Counted from the stretch's first letter, positions 38,807 through 50,230 are shown. The stretch is DNA of 64,000 nt from an uncultured Planctomycetota bacterium (GCA_963841915.1 CAWJEN010000006.1:1440001-1504000); one strand, 5' to 3'. Numbers and translations: made by a program. The notes: a model not told the origin generated them from the sequence alone.

Positions 38807-41800
38807 ATGCTGCAAATCATGATAAGTCTTGTCTTCCATCGCCTCCAAGGCGGGCGACGCCAAGGGCTCGTCCCGCTCGCCAGTCTCCGTCATGCCGCCG
38901 CCGGCTTCTTTGCCGTCGCTTTGGGAGTCGTCGGTGTAGCGGGCACGACGGCGAAGGCGGGCAACAACGTGGCTCAGACGGACGCACCCATGATCGATCT
39001 CAGTGGCGAATGGCAGTTCCAGGTCGACCGTCGTGGCGTCGGCATCGACGAGGGCTGGTACGACAACGACCTGCCCGACACGATCAAGCTGCCGGGAACG
39101 ATGCGCGACCAGGGCTTCGGCGACGAGGTCGATGCCGATACCGATTGGTGGGGCGGTACGCTCGACTACAGCGACCCGATGTACGCTCCGTTTGCGAAAG
39201 GCGAAGATTTCAAGTCGCGGTCGTGGTTGACGCCCAACCTCAGGTACACGGGCCCGGCCTGGTACTCGAAGCTCGTCGACGTGCCCGCCAATTGGCAAGG
39301 CAGCCGGGTGACGCTTCGCCTGGAGCGGCCGCACATCCACTCGAAGGTCTGGGTGAATGGCAAAGAGGTCGGGGCAGACAACACGCTGCTCGCGCCGCAC
39401 GTCTTTGACGTTAGCGACGCCCTCGTCGAAGGTGAGAACCGCGTGACGCTGCTCATCGACAGCAGCATGGATGTGAATGTCGGCGAAAGCTCGCACAGCG
39501 TCACCGACCACACGCAAACGCCTTGGAATGGCGTCGTCGGTGACATCGTGCTCGTCCAGCAGGATCCGATCTGGATCGACGACGTGCAGATCCATGCACC
39601 GGGCAACGCAAAGACGGTCACCGTCAAGGCGACGTTCGGCAACAAGACCGGCGAGGCCGTCGAAGGTCGTGTCGAGCTGACCATCTTCGACCAGAACGAC
39701 AACGTCGTCATCGCCCGCGATATAGAAGCGTCTGCCGATGTCGGGATGACGCAGAAGACCTTCGAGATCGAGCTCGAGCGCCCGCTGGCGACGTGGGACG
39801 AATTCGATCCGACGTTGCACACGTTGCAGGTCTCGCTCGGTGCCGGCAAGGAGACGTGGCGCGGCCGCTTCGGTGCTCGCACGCTTGAAGCAAGCGGAAC
39901 AGAGTTCAAGCTCAACGGCCGCACGATCATGTTCCGCGGTTCGCTGGATTGCGCAATCTTCCCCAAGACCGCGTATCCGCCGACGGACGTCGAGTCGTGG
40001 AAGAAGATCATCACGGCGCAGCAGGAGCATGGCCTGAACCACACGCGGTTCCACTCGTGGTGCCCGCCGAGGGCGGCGTTCATTGCGGCCGACGAACTGG
40101 GTCACTACTTCCAAGTCGAGTGCAGCACCTGGTGCAACGGCGGCACGGCGAGTGTCGGCGAGGGGCACCCGATCGACGAATGGCTCTACGACGAGGGCCG
40201 CCGACTCATCAAGGAGTACGGCAACCACCCGTCGTTCGTCCTGCTCGCCGCCGGTAATGAGCCGGGTGGGCCGGAGCGAGGAGCGGTTTATCTGAGCCCG
40301 TGGGTCGACTACTTCAAGAACTACGACGATCGCTTCATGGTCACCAGCGGTGCCGGCTGGCCCCTGGTGGATGAGAGCGAGTTCCACAACGCTTACGGCC
40401 CGCGTTTGCAGGGCTGGGGTGCCGGGCTCAACGGCACGCTCAACGCTGATAAGCCGGACCTGATGAAGGATTTCCGCGACTATGTCCAGCGGTACCCGAA
40501 CACGCCGGTGATTTCACACGAAACGGGCCAGTGGTGTGCGTGGCCGAACTTTGCCGAGATGGACAAGTATACGGGCTCGCTGAAGCCCAAAAACTTCGAG
40601 ATCTTCAAGGATCTCCTTGAAAAGCGGCACCAGAGCGACCTGTACGATGACTTCCTGATGGCCAGCGGTGCGCTGCAGGTGATGGCTTACAAGGAAGAGA
40701 TTGAGCGGAGCCTGCGAACGCCCGAGTATGGAGGGTTCCAGTTGCTGGGCCTGCAGGATTTTCCAGGGCAGGGCACTGCCATCGTGGGCGTGCTCGATGC
40801 GTTCTGGGAGCCCAAGCCGTACGTCAGTGCAGAGGCTTATCGGCAGTTCTGTAACGAGACGGTCATCCTGGCTCGCATGGCGTCTCGCACGTTCACTGCA
40901 GGCGATGTGGTGCCCGTGACCCTCGAGATCTCGCACTACGGCCGTGATGATTTGAAGGATGCGACGCTCCGTTGGTCGCTCGAGGCCGAAGACGGCAGCA
41001 TCGTGGCCAAGGATTCGGCGAAGTTGTCGCTCGTACCGGCCGGGCAGTTGACGCGGTTGATCGACACGTCGCTGCCGACGCCGTCGGGTAAGGCACAGAA
41101 GCTAACGCTAAAGACGTCGCTCGAAGGCACCGACATCACCAACCAGTGGGAGATGTGGGTTTACCCGAGTGGTGTCGAGACGACCGCTCCCGACAACGTG
41201 AAGGTCGTCCGCACGCTCGAAGAGGCCGAGCCGTTGCTTGCTGCGGGTGAGCGGGTGCTGTTAATGGTCGATCCGGGCATGGTGGCGACGAACGTGCAGA
41301 TCGGCTTCAGCCCGATTTTCTGGAACACGTCGTACACGAACAATCAGGCGCCGCACACGATGGGCACGCTGGTTGATCCGGAGCATCCGGCCCTGGCGAG
41401 CTTCCCGACCGACTTCCACGGCGACTGGCAGTGGTGGGACATCATGATGAACTCGGCGACGATGGAGCTTGACCATCTTCCCCCGACGATGCGGCCCGTC
41501 GTGCAGGTCGTGCCCGACTGGGTCGACCCGAAGCGGTTGGCGCTTGTGGCAGAGGTGAAGGTGGGCGACGGACGGCTGCTGCTTTGTTCGATCGATCTCC
41601 AGACGAACATCAGCGAGCGGTTGGCAGCCAAGCAGATGCTCAGTTCGCTGCTGAATTACGCGTCGGGAGACGACTTTGATCCGGAGCATGCGGTTTCGAT
41701 CAGCGACCTGAAGCCGATCTTTCGCGATCCGGGGTCAGCCGCTGCGATGAACGCGACGGCATCGGCGAGTGATTCCCATCCGAATTATCCGGCAGCAAAC

Positions 41801-42163
41801 GTGCTGGATCAGAACCCTGACACGATCTGGCACACCAACTGGCAGCCGACGGCACCGTTTCCGCACGATCTGACGATCGATCTGCAGAAGGTGTCGAAAC
41901 TCCGCGGCGTCAGTGCCTTGCCGCGCCAGGACGGCCCAAATGGTCGCATCGGTGAGTATGAGATCTACGTCAGCCAAGACGGTCGGCAGTGGGGCGAGCC
42001 AGTGGCCAAGGGAGCTTGGGCGGGCGACGCAAAGATTAAGGACGTGCTGTTCAGCACGCCCGTCGAGGGCCAATTCGTCAGGCTTCGCGTACTGCGTGCG
42101 GTCAACAGCTACGGCATCAGCAGCCTTGCAGAGTTCGATATCTTGCTGGAGGAATCCGAATGA
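38807..42163 (+). CDS. Glycoside hydrolase family 2 with C-terminal F5/8 type C (CBM32-like) domain
   Basis: IDLSGEWQF, GLNHTRFHSWCPP, GNHPSF..GNE and SHETGQ motifs; discoidin tail; start uncertain. Confidence 0.88.
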   Translation: MLQIMISLVFHRLQGGRRQGLVPLASLRHAAAGFFAVALGVVGVAGTTAKAGNNVAQTDAPMIDLSGEWQFQVDRRGVGIDEGWYDNDLPDTIKLPGTMRDQGFGDEVDADTDWWGGTLDYSDPMYAPFAKGEDFKSRSWLTPNLRYTGPAWYSKLVDVPANWQGSRVTLRLERPHIHSKVWVNGKEVGADNTLLAPHVFDVSDALVEGENRVTLLIDSSMDVNVGESSHSVTDHTQTPWNGVVGDIVLVQQDPIWIDDVQIHAPGNAKTVTVKATFGNKTGEAVEGRVELTIFDQNDNVVIARDIEASADVGMTQKTFEIELERPLATWDEFDPTLHTLQVSLGAGKETWRGRFGARTLEASGTEFKLNGRTIMFRGSLDCAIFPKTAYPPTDVESWKKIITAQQEHGLNHTRFHSWCPPRAAFIAADELGHYFQVECSTWCNGGTASVGEGHPIDEWLYDEGRRLIKEYGNHPSFVLLAAGNEPGGPERGAVYLSPWVDYFKNYDDRFMVTSGAGWPLVDESEFHNAYGPRLQGWGAGLNGTLNADKPDLMKDFRDYVQRYPNTPVISHETGQWCAWPNFAEMDKYTGSLKPKNFEIFKDLLEKRHQSDLYDDFLMASGALQVMAYKEEIERSLRTPEYGGFQLLGLQDFPGQGTAIVGVLDAFWEPKPYVSAEAYRQFCNETVILARMASRTFTAGDVVPVTLEISHYGRDDLKDATLRWSLEAEDGSIVAKDSAKLSLVPAGQLTRLIDTSLPTPSGKAQKLTLKTSLEGTDITNQWEMWVYPSGVETTAPDNVKVVRTLEEAEPLLAAGERVLLMVDPGMVATNVQIGFSPIFWNTSYTNNQAPHTMGTLVDPEHPALASFPTDFHGDWQWWDIMMNSATMELDHLPPTMRPVVQVVPDWVDPKRLALVAEVKVGDGRLLLCSIDLQTNISERLAAKQMLSSLLNYASGDDFDPEHAVSISDLKPIFRDPGSAAAMNATASASDSHPNYPAANVLDQNPDTIWHTNWQPTAPFPHDLTIDLQKVSKLRGVSALPRQDGPNGRIGEYEIYVSQDGRQWGEPVAKGAWAGDAKIKDVLFSTPVEGQFVRLRVLRAVNSYGISSLAEFDILLEESE

Positions 42164-45100
42164 ACCGTCTCGACCTTACCCTCGCGAGCCTCTTTCTAAT
42201 GACCAGCTTCGGCCTTGCCACAACTGCTGCGCGGGCCGAACCAGTCGATCTCAGCGGCTCCTGGCAGTTCCAGATCGATCCAGATGACGAGGGCGTCGCG
42301 GCCGGTTGGTTTGGCCAGCCGCTCGACGGGTCGATCCGGCTGCCAGGTACCACGAGTATGGCCAAGGCGGGGCAACCGCTCGAGCTTGCTCCCGAGATGA
42401 CGAAGCAGGTCCTTCGCGGCCTGCATCAGCGTCACGAGTACATCGGCCCGGCGTGGTACAGTCGCGACGTCGAGGTCCCGGCCGATTGGTCGGATCGGCC
42501 GGTGCAGCTGCTCCTGGAGCGCGTCATCTGGACGACCGATGTCTGGCTCGACGGTAAGAAGGTCGGCCGCGCCACGTCGTTGTCGACGCCGCAGGTCATC
42601 AACCTCGGCATGTTGTCGGCCGGCTCGCACAAGCTCTCGCTGCGGGTCGACAACCGCGAGTTCGTGAAGGTCGGTGAATCGCACGCCTACACGGACGAAA
42701 CGCAGTCGATCTGGAACGGCATCGTCGGCCGCATCGAGCTGCAGGCGATCGATCCTGTCCGCGTCACAAAAGCTCGGGTCGATCACGTCGACGGCAACGA
42801 CGCTGCCCTGCAGGTTCGGCTGGTCGGCGTCAACGACACAGGCAGTATCGCGTCGAAGCGGGTCAGCATCACCATCACCCCCGCCGGCCAACGCGCCAAG
42901 GCGACGACGAAGGAGATGGACTGGGACATGGCAGTCGGGCAGACAGAAACGAAGGTGGTCGTCGAGCTCGATGAATCGCTCGCATCTTGGGACGAGTTCA
43001 ACCCGACGCTTCACACAGTAAGCGTCAGTCTCGGCGACGATGAGTCGTTCCAGCAGACGTTCGGACTGCGGGTTGTCGGCAAGGAGCCGATGACGATGCT
43101 GCTCGACGGCAAGCCGATCTTCCTGCGTGGCACGCTCGACAACGCCGCATACCCGCTCACCGGTCACCCACCGATGAATGAGGCCGAGTGGATCAACATT
43201 TTCACAATCGCCAAACGGTGGGGCCTCAACCACGTCCGCTACCACTCGTGGTGCCCACCCGAGGCTGCCTTCAATGCGGCCGACAAGGTTGGCATTTACC
43301 TTCAGCCAGAGTTGCCCTACTGGGGCTTTGCCCAGCTCGAGCGGGACGGCGAACTACACAACTATCTGCGTGAAGAAGGCCGCCGAATCTTCGACGCCTA
43401 CGGGCATCACCCGTCGTTCATGATGTTTTCGCTCGGCAACGAGCTGTACGGCCCGTTCGACGTGCTCCACGAGCTTGTCGAGGAGTTTCGGGCGTACGAG
43501 GACAACATCCTTATGACGACGACGACCTTCTCCTTTGCCAAAGGTCACGGCCGTTGGCCCGAGCCGGTCGATGACTTCTTCCTGACGCAGCGCGCCCGCG
43601 ACGGCTGGGTGCGCGGCCAGGGGTTCTTCAACGAACAGGTGCCCGGCACCGATAAGGATTACCGCGAGTCGATCGTCGACTTCCCGGTGCCGCTCATCAG
43701 TCACGAGATCGGCCAGTACCCGGTCTACCCGCAGCTGAGCGAGATCGAGAAGTACAGCGGCGTCCTGGATCCGACCAACTTCGAAGCCATTCGCGACGAC
43801 CTCAACCGCAAGGGTCGTCTGCACATGGCAGAGGCGTACACGCGAGCCTCCGGCAAGTTTGCGGCGCTGCTCTACAAGGAAGAGATCGAGCGGGCCCTGC
43901 GCACGCCCAACCTCAGCGGATTCCAGCTGCTCGATCTGCACGATTTCCCGGGCCAAAGCACTGCCCTCGTCGGCTTACTCGATGTCTTCTGGGACAGCAA
44001 AGGGCTCATCGAGGCTGAGGACTTCCGCGAGTTTTGCGGCCCCATCGTGCCGCTGCTCCGCATGCCTAAGCGGATCTACACCGCCGGTGAAACGCTCACG
44101 TTTGGCGTCGAGGTGTCCCACTACGGCCCCGACACCCTGCCTGCGAACGACGCCCGGTGGCGGGTTGTCACGGATGACGGCGTCACACTCGACAGTGGCA
44201 CCATTGCCTACGAAGACCTTGCAGCCGGTGGCCTGCGAAAGCTCGGCACGATTACAACGGACAGCACCAACTGGCCCGCGCCTAAGGCGATGAAGGTCCA
44301 GGTCTCCCTCGATGCAACTGACCTTCGAAACGAATGGCGGCTGTGGGTCTATTCGAAGCAGGAGACGGCCGCAGTACCGAAGTCGCCGGAGGTGATCGTC
44401 GCCGACCGGCTCGACGAGGCGACGCTGAAGCATCTCGATGCAGGCGGCCGCGTGTTGCTCAACCCGTCACCGCGGCTGTTGGCGGAGCCTCAGACGTCAA
44501 ATTTCACGCCCGTCTTCTGGAGTCCGCTGCACTTCGAGAATCAGCCGACGACAATGGGCCTGCTCGTGCAGCCGTCGCATCCGGCCCTTTTCGACTTCCC
44601 GACCGATGCCCACAGTGACTGGCAGTGGTGGGATCTTACCGCCGGCAGCACCGGCATGGCCCTCGACAAGCTCGGCGACCAGACCAACACCATCCGCCCG
44701 ATCGTCCAGTACGTCGACGACTTCGGCGGAAACCTGCTGATCGGTGCCATCTGGGAGGCCAAAGTCGGAAACGGTGAAGTGCTTGTGTGCACCTTCGACA
44801 TCTCGAACAATCTCGAGGAGCGGCCTGCTGCCAATCAGCTTCGGCACAGTCTGGTCAAGTACATCGCAACGTCTTCGTTCCGCCCGCAGGCGTCGCTCAC
44901 GCTCGACGAGCTTCAAAGCCTGTTCCGCGAGCCGACGAGCATGCACGATGCCAGCGTCGTCAGTGTTTCGAGCTTCCAAAGCGGATACGAGTCGAAGAAC
45001 GTTCTCGATGGTGATCCGACCACGCTCTGGCACACAAGTTGGAATGATGCCGGAGCCGCCTACCCGCACGAGATCGTCATCGACCTCGGCAAGGCGCGAG

Positions 45101-45402
45101 TTGTTGACGAGATCATCTTCACCCACCGCGGTGACGGCAACATCAACGGCCGCGTTGGCCGGTTCAACGTCTACCTGAGCGACCAAGCTGATACATGGGG
45201 CCAGCCCATCTTGGAAGCGACTTTCGACGCCAGCGCGACTCGGCAGGCCTTCCGTACGGACGGTGTGAATCCGAACGATCCTGAAGCCATTTATGAGTCT
45301 GCCGACGCCAAGCCGGTGAGGTACGTTCGGGTCGAGGCCTTGACCTCGCAGGGCGAGAGCCCTCACGCGTCATTCGCTGAGATCGAAGTCGTCAGTCCCT
45401 AA
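42160..45402 (+). CDS. Glycoside hydrolase family 2 paralog with C-terminal F5/8 domain
   Basis: DLSGSWQF, GLNHVRYHSWCPP, GHHPSF..GNE and SHEIGQ motifs; discoidin tail. Confidence 0.88.
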   Translation: MNRLDLTLASLFLMTSFGLATTAARAEPVDLSGSWQFQIDPDDEGVAAGWFGQPLDGSIRLPGTTSMAKAGQPLELAPEMTKQVLRGLHQRHEYIGPAWYSRDVEVPADWSDRPVQLLLERVIWTTDVWLDGKKVGRATSLSTPQVINLGMLSAGSHKLSLRVDNREFVKVGESHAYTDETQSIWNGIVGRIELQAIDPVRVTKARVDHVDGNDAALQVRLVGVNDTGSIASKRVSITITPAGQRAKATTKEMDWDMAVGQTETKVVVELDESLASWDEFNPTLHTVSVSLGDDESFQQTFGLRVVGKEPMTMLLDGKPIFLRGTLDNAAYPLTGHPPMNEAEWINIFTIAKRWGLNHVRYHSWCPPEAAFNAADKVGIYLQPELPYWGFAQLERDGELHNYLREEGRRIFDAYGHHPSFMMFSLGNELYGPFDVLHELVEEFRAYEDNILMTTTTFSFAKGHGRWPEPVDDFFLTQRARDGWVRGQGFFNEQVPGTDKDYRESIVDFPVPLISHEIGQYPVYPQLSEIEKYSGVLDPTNFEAIRDDLNRKGRLHMAEAYTRASGKFAALLYKEEIERALRTPNLSGFQLLDLHDFPGQSTALVGLLDVFWDSKGLIEAEDFREFCGPIVPLLRMPKRIYTAGETLTFGVEVSHYGPDTLPANDARWRVVTDDGVTLDSGTIAYEDLAAGGLRKLGTITTDSTNWPAPKAMKVQVSLDATDLRNEWRLWVYSKQETAAVPKSPEVIVADRLDEATLKHLDAGGRVLLNPSPRLLAEPQTSNFTPVFWSPLHFENQPTTMGLLVQPSHPALFDFPTDAHSDWQWWDLTAGSTGMALDKLGDQTNTIRPIVQYVDDFGGNLLIGAIWEAKVGNGEVLVCTFDISNNLEERPAANQLRHSLVKYIATSSFRPQASLTLDELQSLFREPTSMHDASVVSVSSFQSGYESKNVLDGDPTTLWHTSWNDAGAAYPHEIVIDLGKARVVDEIIFTHRGDGNINGRVGRFNVYLSDQADTWGQPILEATFDASATRQAFRTDGVNPNDPEAIYESADAKPVRYVRVEALTSQGESPHASFAEIEVVSP

Positions 45403-45484
45403 TCCATGGCGAAGGTGGCCGACGGTCACGTAAAGCCCAGTCCGCACGTTCAGACTTTCCCGCTTCTCCATCAGTACCGGATTT

Positions 45485-48400
45485 ATGTCAGGCCACTCCA
45501 CCGCAACTTCTTCGTCTACCTCGCCTGCCGCGGCGAAGGCTTGGCACGAGAAGGTCACGATTCCCACCTACCCGCACGGAGAGCCGGACAAGAACCCGAT
45601 GTTCCTCGAGCGGCGTGTGTATCAAGGCAGCAGCGGCGCCGTTTATCCGTTCCCGGTAATCGACTCGATCTCTGATGAGAAGGTCGATCGTGAGTATGAC
45701 GCGGTCTACTTGGAGAATAGGTACCTGAAGATCATGCTCCTGCCGAGCCTCGGCGGGCGCGTGCAGACGGCTTATGACAAGACCAACGGCTATCCGTTCG
45801 TCTACCACAATCACGTCATCAAGCCGGCGCTCGTCGGACTTATCGGCCCGTGGATCTCGGGGGGCATCGAGTTTAACTGGCCGCAGCATCACCGGCCCAG
45901 CACGTTCATGCCGGTCAGTCACTGGATCGAGAACAACGAGGACGGCAGCGCGACCGTCTACATCAGCGAGATTGATCGCATGTTCGGCACGCGGTGCATG
46001 GCCAGCTTCACGCTCCACCCGGACAAGGCGTACCTGCAGATCGACGTCAAGCTCTACAACCGAACCGGCGTGCCGCAGACGTTCCTGTGGTGGGCAAACC
46101 CTGCCGTCGCGGCCAACGACGGGCACCAGACCGTGATGCCACCCGACGTTCACGCGGTGATGGACCACGGCAAGCGGGATGTCAGCAGCTTCCCGATCGC
46201 GACCGGTGAGTATTACAAGGTCGACTACGGCGACAATGACGCAGGCGGCACCGACATCTCCAGGTACCGCAACCTGCCGGTGCCTACGAGCTACATGGCG
46301 TACCACAGCGACTACGACTTCGTTGCGAGCTACGACCACAACGAACGTGCCGGCCTGCTCCACGTTGCGAACCATCACGTATCACCTGGTAAGAAGCAGT
46401 GGACCTGGGGCAACGGCGACTTCGGCCAAGCGTGGGATCGTCAACTCACCGATGAAGACGGCCCATATATCGAGTTGATGTGTGGCGTCTTCACTGATAA
46501 TCAGCCCGACTTCTCCTGGCTGGAGCCGTACGAAGAAAAGCGGTTCACGCAGTATTTCATGCCTTACAAGGGTGTCGGCGTGATCAAGAACGCGTCGACA
46601 AACGGCGCAATTAACCTTGAATTGCGCGACGGCAGCGCGTACCTCGCTGCCTACGTCACGTCGCCTCGTGAGAACTTGAAGCTCGTGTTGACGGGTGACA
46701 CCGGAGCGATGCTTCACGAAGCGTCAATCGACGCCTTGTCGCCCGAAGGTGTATTCGAAGCTGAGGTCGATGTCGGTGTGTCGACGGATGCGGGCATGAC
46801 ACTTTGCCTGATCGATGCCGACGGGCGTGAGCTCATCAGCTACACGCCGGTAACCGAGACGCCGCCGATTCCTTTGCCGGCCAAGCCAGTGTTGCCGATT
46901 GCGGAGGTGCCGACGTGCGAGCAGTTGTACCTCAGCGGTCAGCACCTCGAGCAGTACCGGCACGCAACGCTGAGCCCCGAGCCGTATTACCGCGAGGCCC
47001 TGAAGCGAGACGCGAGTGACTCTCGAAACAACAATGCGCTGGGCATGTTGCTCTACCGGCGCGGGCTGTTCAACGAAGCAGAAGCACACTTTCGCGCAGC
47101 CGTCGAGACGCTCACGCAGCGCAACCCCAACCCGCACGACGGCGAGCCGCTGTTCAACCTCGGGCTTTCACTTCAGCGACAGGGCAAGCTCGACAAGGCA
47201 TTCGACGCGTTCCACAAAAGCATCTGGAACAACGCGATGAAGAGTCAGGGCAACTTCGAGCTGGCAAAGATCGAAGCGGTTCGTGGCAACTGGTTGTCTG
47301 CAGTTAACTATTGCGACGAGTCACTCATCAACAACTGGCACCACCACAAGGCCCGCCACCTGAAGACGGCCGCACTTCGGCAGCTCGATAAGGATGATGC
47401 CGCGAGACTTGAGGCAAAGCTGACGCTGACGATCGATCCAATGGACGCCGGCGCGTTCCGCGAACTGGCGTTGCTCGGCGATGCTGACGCGAAATCGCGA
47501 CTGGACGATGTGCTCCGGAACGACGAGCACAACTACATCGAGCTGGCGCTCGACTACGCCACCAGCGGTCTTTACGACGATGCCGTTGCAATTCTGCGTG
47601 ACGGGCCGGACTACACGATGTCGCTGTACCTCAGCGGCTGGTTCAAGTCCCTTTCGGGTGATGACGACGGCGCTGCCTTATTGTTCGCCGAGGCCGCCGA
47701 GGCGTCGCCCGTCATGGTGTTGCCACACCGGCTCGAGGAGCGACTTGCCCTTGAAATGGCAGTTGCTCGTAACCCGCAGGATGGCGTCGCTTGGGCGCTG
47801 CTTGGAACGTTGCAGTATGCCAAGCGCGACTACACGCGGGCCATCGACTCGATGCAAAAGGCCGAGCCGCTATTGCCCGGCTACGCGACGGTGCGGCGGA
47901 ACCTAGCGCTGGCCTATGCCAATGTGCTCAAGGACTTGCCACGCGCACTTGCCGTACTCGAAGAAGCGTTCGCATGTGACGCAAGCGACGCCCGCGTGTT
48001 GTTCGAGCTCGATCAGCTTCGCAAGCGGACCGGCACAATCCCGGCTAAGCGGCTTGCGCTCCTCGACCAGCATGCATCACTGGTCGAGCGACGTGATGAT
48101 CTTTTCGTCGAGCACCTCGACCTGTTGAACCTGCTCGGCAAGTTCGACGTCGTCCAGCAACGCATCGCCGGACGCCTTTTTCACCCGTGGGAGGGCGGCG
48201 AGGGCAAAGTCAGCGGGGCGTACGTCACGAGTCTGCTCGGCCGGGCACGACAGAAGCTCGCCGACGGCCACTTCGCAGCAGCGCTGGAAGATATCGAGCA
48301 GTCGCGGACATTCCCGCACAACCTCAGCGAAGGCAAGCTGCACGGTGCGCTCGAGAACGACGCCGACTACCTCGCCGGCCTGGCATACCGCGGTATCGGT

Positions 48401-48919
48401 GAGACCGCCGCCGCGGCCGAGTTCTTCGATCACGCTCGCGTCGGTCTCGATGAGCCGGCCAGTGCAATGTACTACAACGATCAGCCACCGTCGATGCTCC
48501 TATACCAAGGATTGTCGGCCGCTGCCTTGGGTCTCGACGACGAAGCGGACCAGCGCTTCGCTCAGCTTATCGACTACGGCTCGGCCCACGTCGATGACGA
48601 TGCGAAAATCGACTTCTTTGCCGTTAGCCTGCCGGAGTTCCAGGTCTTCGAGGACGATCTGACCCTGTCGAACGTCATCCACTGTCACTACATGATGGGG
48701 CTCGGCCACCTGGGCCGCTGTGTCAAGGACGGTGCCGGTGACGCAGAGGCCAAGCAGCATCTGCAGAAAGTGCTCGAACTCGACCCAAGTCACGGCGGAG
48801 CGACGACGCACTTGCGTCAATTGGAAATGGTTGACCGTCAATTGACGGACGCGGTCGATTCTGCCGAGCCGTTACTCGTTGCCTCATCGTCCGAACCTGC
48901 GGCTGCGCCACCGACCTGA
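45485..48919 (+). CDS. DUF5107 domain + TPR repeat protein
   Basis: VYQGSSGAVYP, LENRYL and GGIEFNWPQHHRP motifs followed by TPR repeats. Confidence 0.88.
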   Translation: MSGHSTATSSSTSPAAAKAWHEKVTIPTYPHGEPDKNPMFLERRVYQGSSGAVYPFPVIDSISDEKVDREYDAVYLENRYLKIMLLPSLGGRVQTAYDKTNGYPFVYHNHVIKPALVGLIGPWISGGIEFNWPQHHRPSTFMPVSHWIENNEDGSATVYISEIDRMFGTRCMASFTLHPDKAYLQIDVKLYNRTGVPQTFLWWANPAVAANDGHQTVMPPDVHAVMDHGKRDVSSFPIATGEYYKVDYGDNDAGGTDISRYRNLPVPTSYMAYHSDYDFVASYDHNERAGLLHVANHHVSPGKKQWTWGNGDFGQAWDRQLTDEDGPYIELMCGVFTDNQPDFSWLEPYEEKRFTQYFMPYKGVGVIKNASTNGAINLELRDGSAYLAAYVTSPRENLKLVLTGDTGAMLHEASIDALSPEGVFEAEVDVGVSTDAGMTLCLIDADGRELISYTPVTETPPIPLPAKPVLPIAEVPTCEQLYLSGQHLEQYRHATLSPEPYYREALKRDASDSRNNNALGMLLYRRGLFNEAEAHFRAAVETLTQRNPNPHDGEPLFNLGLSLQRQGKLDKAFDAFHKSIWNNAMKSQGNFELAKIEAVRGNWLSAVNYCDESLINNWHHHKARHLKTAALRQLDKDDAARLEAKLTLTIDPMDAGAFRELALLGDADAKSRLDDVLRNDEHNYIELALDYATSGLYDDAVAILRDGPDYTMSLYLSGWFKSLSGDDDGAALLFAEAAEASPVMVLPHRLEERLALEMAVARNPQDGVAWALLGTLQYAKRDYTRAIDSMQKAEPLLPGYATVRRNLALAYANVLKDLPRALAVLEEAFACDASDARVLFELDQLRKRTGTIPAKRLALLDQHASLVERRDDLFVEHLDLLNLLGKFDVVQQRIAGRLFHPWEGGEGKVSGAYVTSLLGRARQKLADGHFAAALEDIEQSRTFPHNLSEGKLHGALENDADYLAGLAYRGIGETAAAAEFFDHARVGLDEPASAMYYNDQPPSMLLYQGLSAAALGLDDEADQRFAQLIDYGSAHVDDDAKIDFFAVSLPEFQVFEDDLTLSNVIHCHYMMGLGHLGRCVKDGAGDAEAKQHLQKVLELDPSHGGATTHLRQLEMVDRQLTDAVDSAEPLLVASSSEPAAAPPT

Positions 48920-48925
48920 ACGCCC

Positions 48926-50221
48926 ATGGAAGCTCGCGAGCGAAAGACAGTCCTGCTTCTCGTTGAAAGCAGCCGTGCGTACGGCCGTGGATGTCTGCGC
49001 GGCATCGCCCGTTACACGCTTGCGCATGACGGCTGGAATTGCATCCACATCGAACGTGGCCTTGAAGAACCGCTGCCCGAGTGGGTCAGCGAGTTCAAGC
49101 CCGACGGCGTGATCGCCCGCGTCGAGACGCGTGAGATGGTCGAGTCGATTCAGGCGCTGGGCGTTCCGGCCGTCGACCTCCGTGGACGATTTCCAAACGA
49201 GGGCTTTGCTTCCATCGACTCTGATCCGGCCGGGGTGAGTCAGTCTGTGGCCGAGCACTTCCTTGAGCGCGGCTTCCGCCGTTTCGGGTTCTGCGGCTTC
49301 CCGGGCATCGACTTTTCTGATCAACGCTGCAGAGCCTTTGTTAAATGCCTCGGCGACAAGGGGTTTAGCGTCAATGTCTACAACGGCAGCTCGTTCAGCG
49401 ACGGCGACGTTTCAGCTAAAACGCTTCGAGCGGAGACGGTTGGCGTCTTCGACGAAGAGGCCATCGGCGACTGGATCAGCGGACTTGAGATGCCGACGGC
49501 CATCATGGCCTGCAATGACGTTCGCGGCCGCCAGGTGCTCCACGGCTGCTCACAACGTGGCGTCCGCGTTCCGACGAGCGTGGCCGTCGTCGGGGTGGAT
49601 AACGACGAAATTGTCTGTGACTTTGCCCGGCCCGTGCTGAGCAGCGTCCAGCCGGACGTCGAGGCCATCGGTTACCTTGGTGCCGAGATGCTTGATCGTC
49701 TGCTCGCCGGCGAGACGCTGCCGAATCCGACAAGCGTTCGCCTCATTCCGCCGCGTTCGCTTGTGACGCGACTGTCGAGCGATGTGCTGGCGATCGAGAA
49801 TCCAATGCTTGCCGAGGCGGTGAGCGTTATTCACGAGTATGCCTGCGACGGACTGAACGTCGATGAGCTGACGCAGAAGCTCGCCGTTTCGCGGACAACG
49901 CTTGAGCGACGCTTCCAGAAGTTCTTCGGCTGCTCGCCAAAGGAGGAGATTGTACGGATTCGGCTGCAGAAAGTGTGTCAGCTCCTGACCGATACCGATC
50001 ACGGCGTTGCCACCATCGCGACGATGTGCGGCTTCAAGACGTCGCCGCACCTCAGCGTCGTCTTCAGTCGTCAGCTCGGCACGACACCCGGCAGATACCG
50101 GGCGCAGATGCGGCAGGGCGATGAGCACGAAGCGTCTCGAAACGGTGACCGCGGCACGCCGTTCCTGTCGAACCAGCATCGCGTGCGAACAAAGGCAAGC
50201 GGGATGAACGGCAAGTCGTAG
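48926..50221 (+). CDS. XylR-family regulator (periplasmic-binding-like domain + AraC HTH)
   Basis: YGRGCLRGIARY, ACNDVRG, VGVDND, SRTTLERRF and GTTPGRYR motifs. Confidence 0.92.
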   Translation: MEARERKTVLLLVESSRAYGRGCLRGIARYTLAHDGWNCIHIERGLEEPLPEWVSEFKPDGVIARVETREMVESIQALGVPAVDLRGRFPNEGFASIDSDPAGVSQSVAEHFLERGFRRFGFCGFPGIDFSDQRCRAFVKCLGDKGFSVNVYNGSSFSDGDVSAKTLRAETVGVFDEEAIGDWISGLEMPTAIMACNDVRGRQVLHGCSQRGVRVPTSVAVVGVDNDEIVCDFARPVLSSVQPDVEAIGYLGAEMLDRLLAGETLPNPTSVRLIPPRSLVTRLSSDVLAIENPMLAEAVSVIHEYACDGLNVDELTQKLAVSRTTLERRFQKFFGCSPKEEIVRIRLQKVCQLLTDTDHGVATIATMCGFKTSPHLSVVFSRQLGTTPGRYRAQMRQGDEHEASRNGDRGTPFLSNQHRVRTKASGMNGKS

Positions 50222-50230
50222 AGCTGTGCC

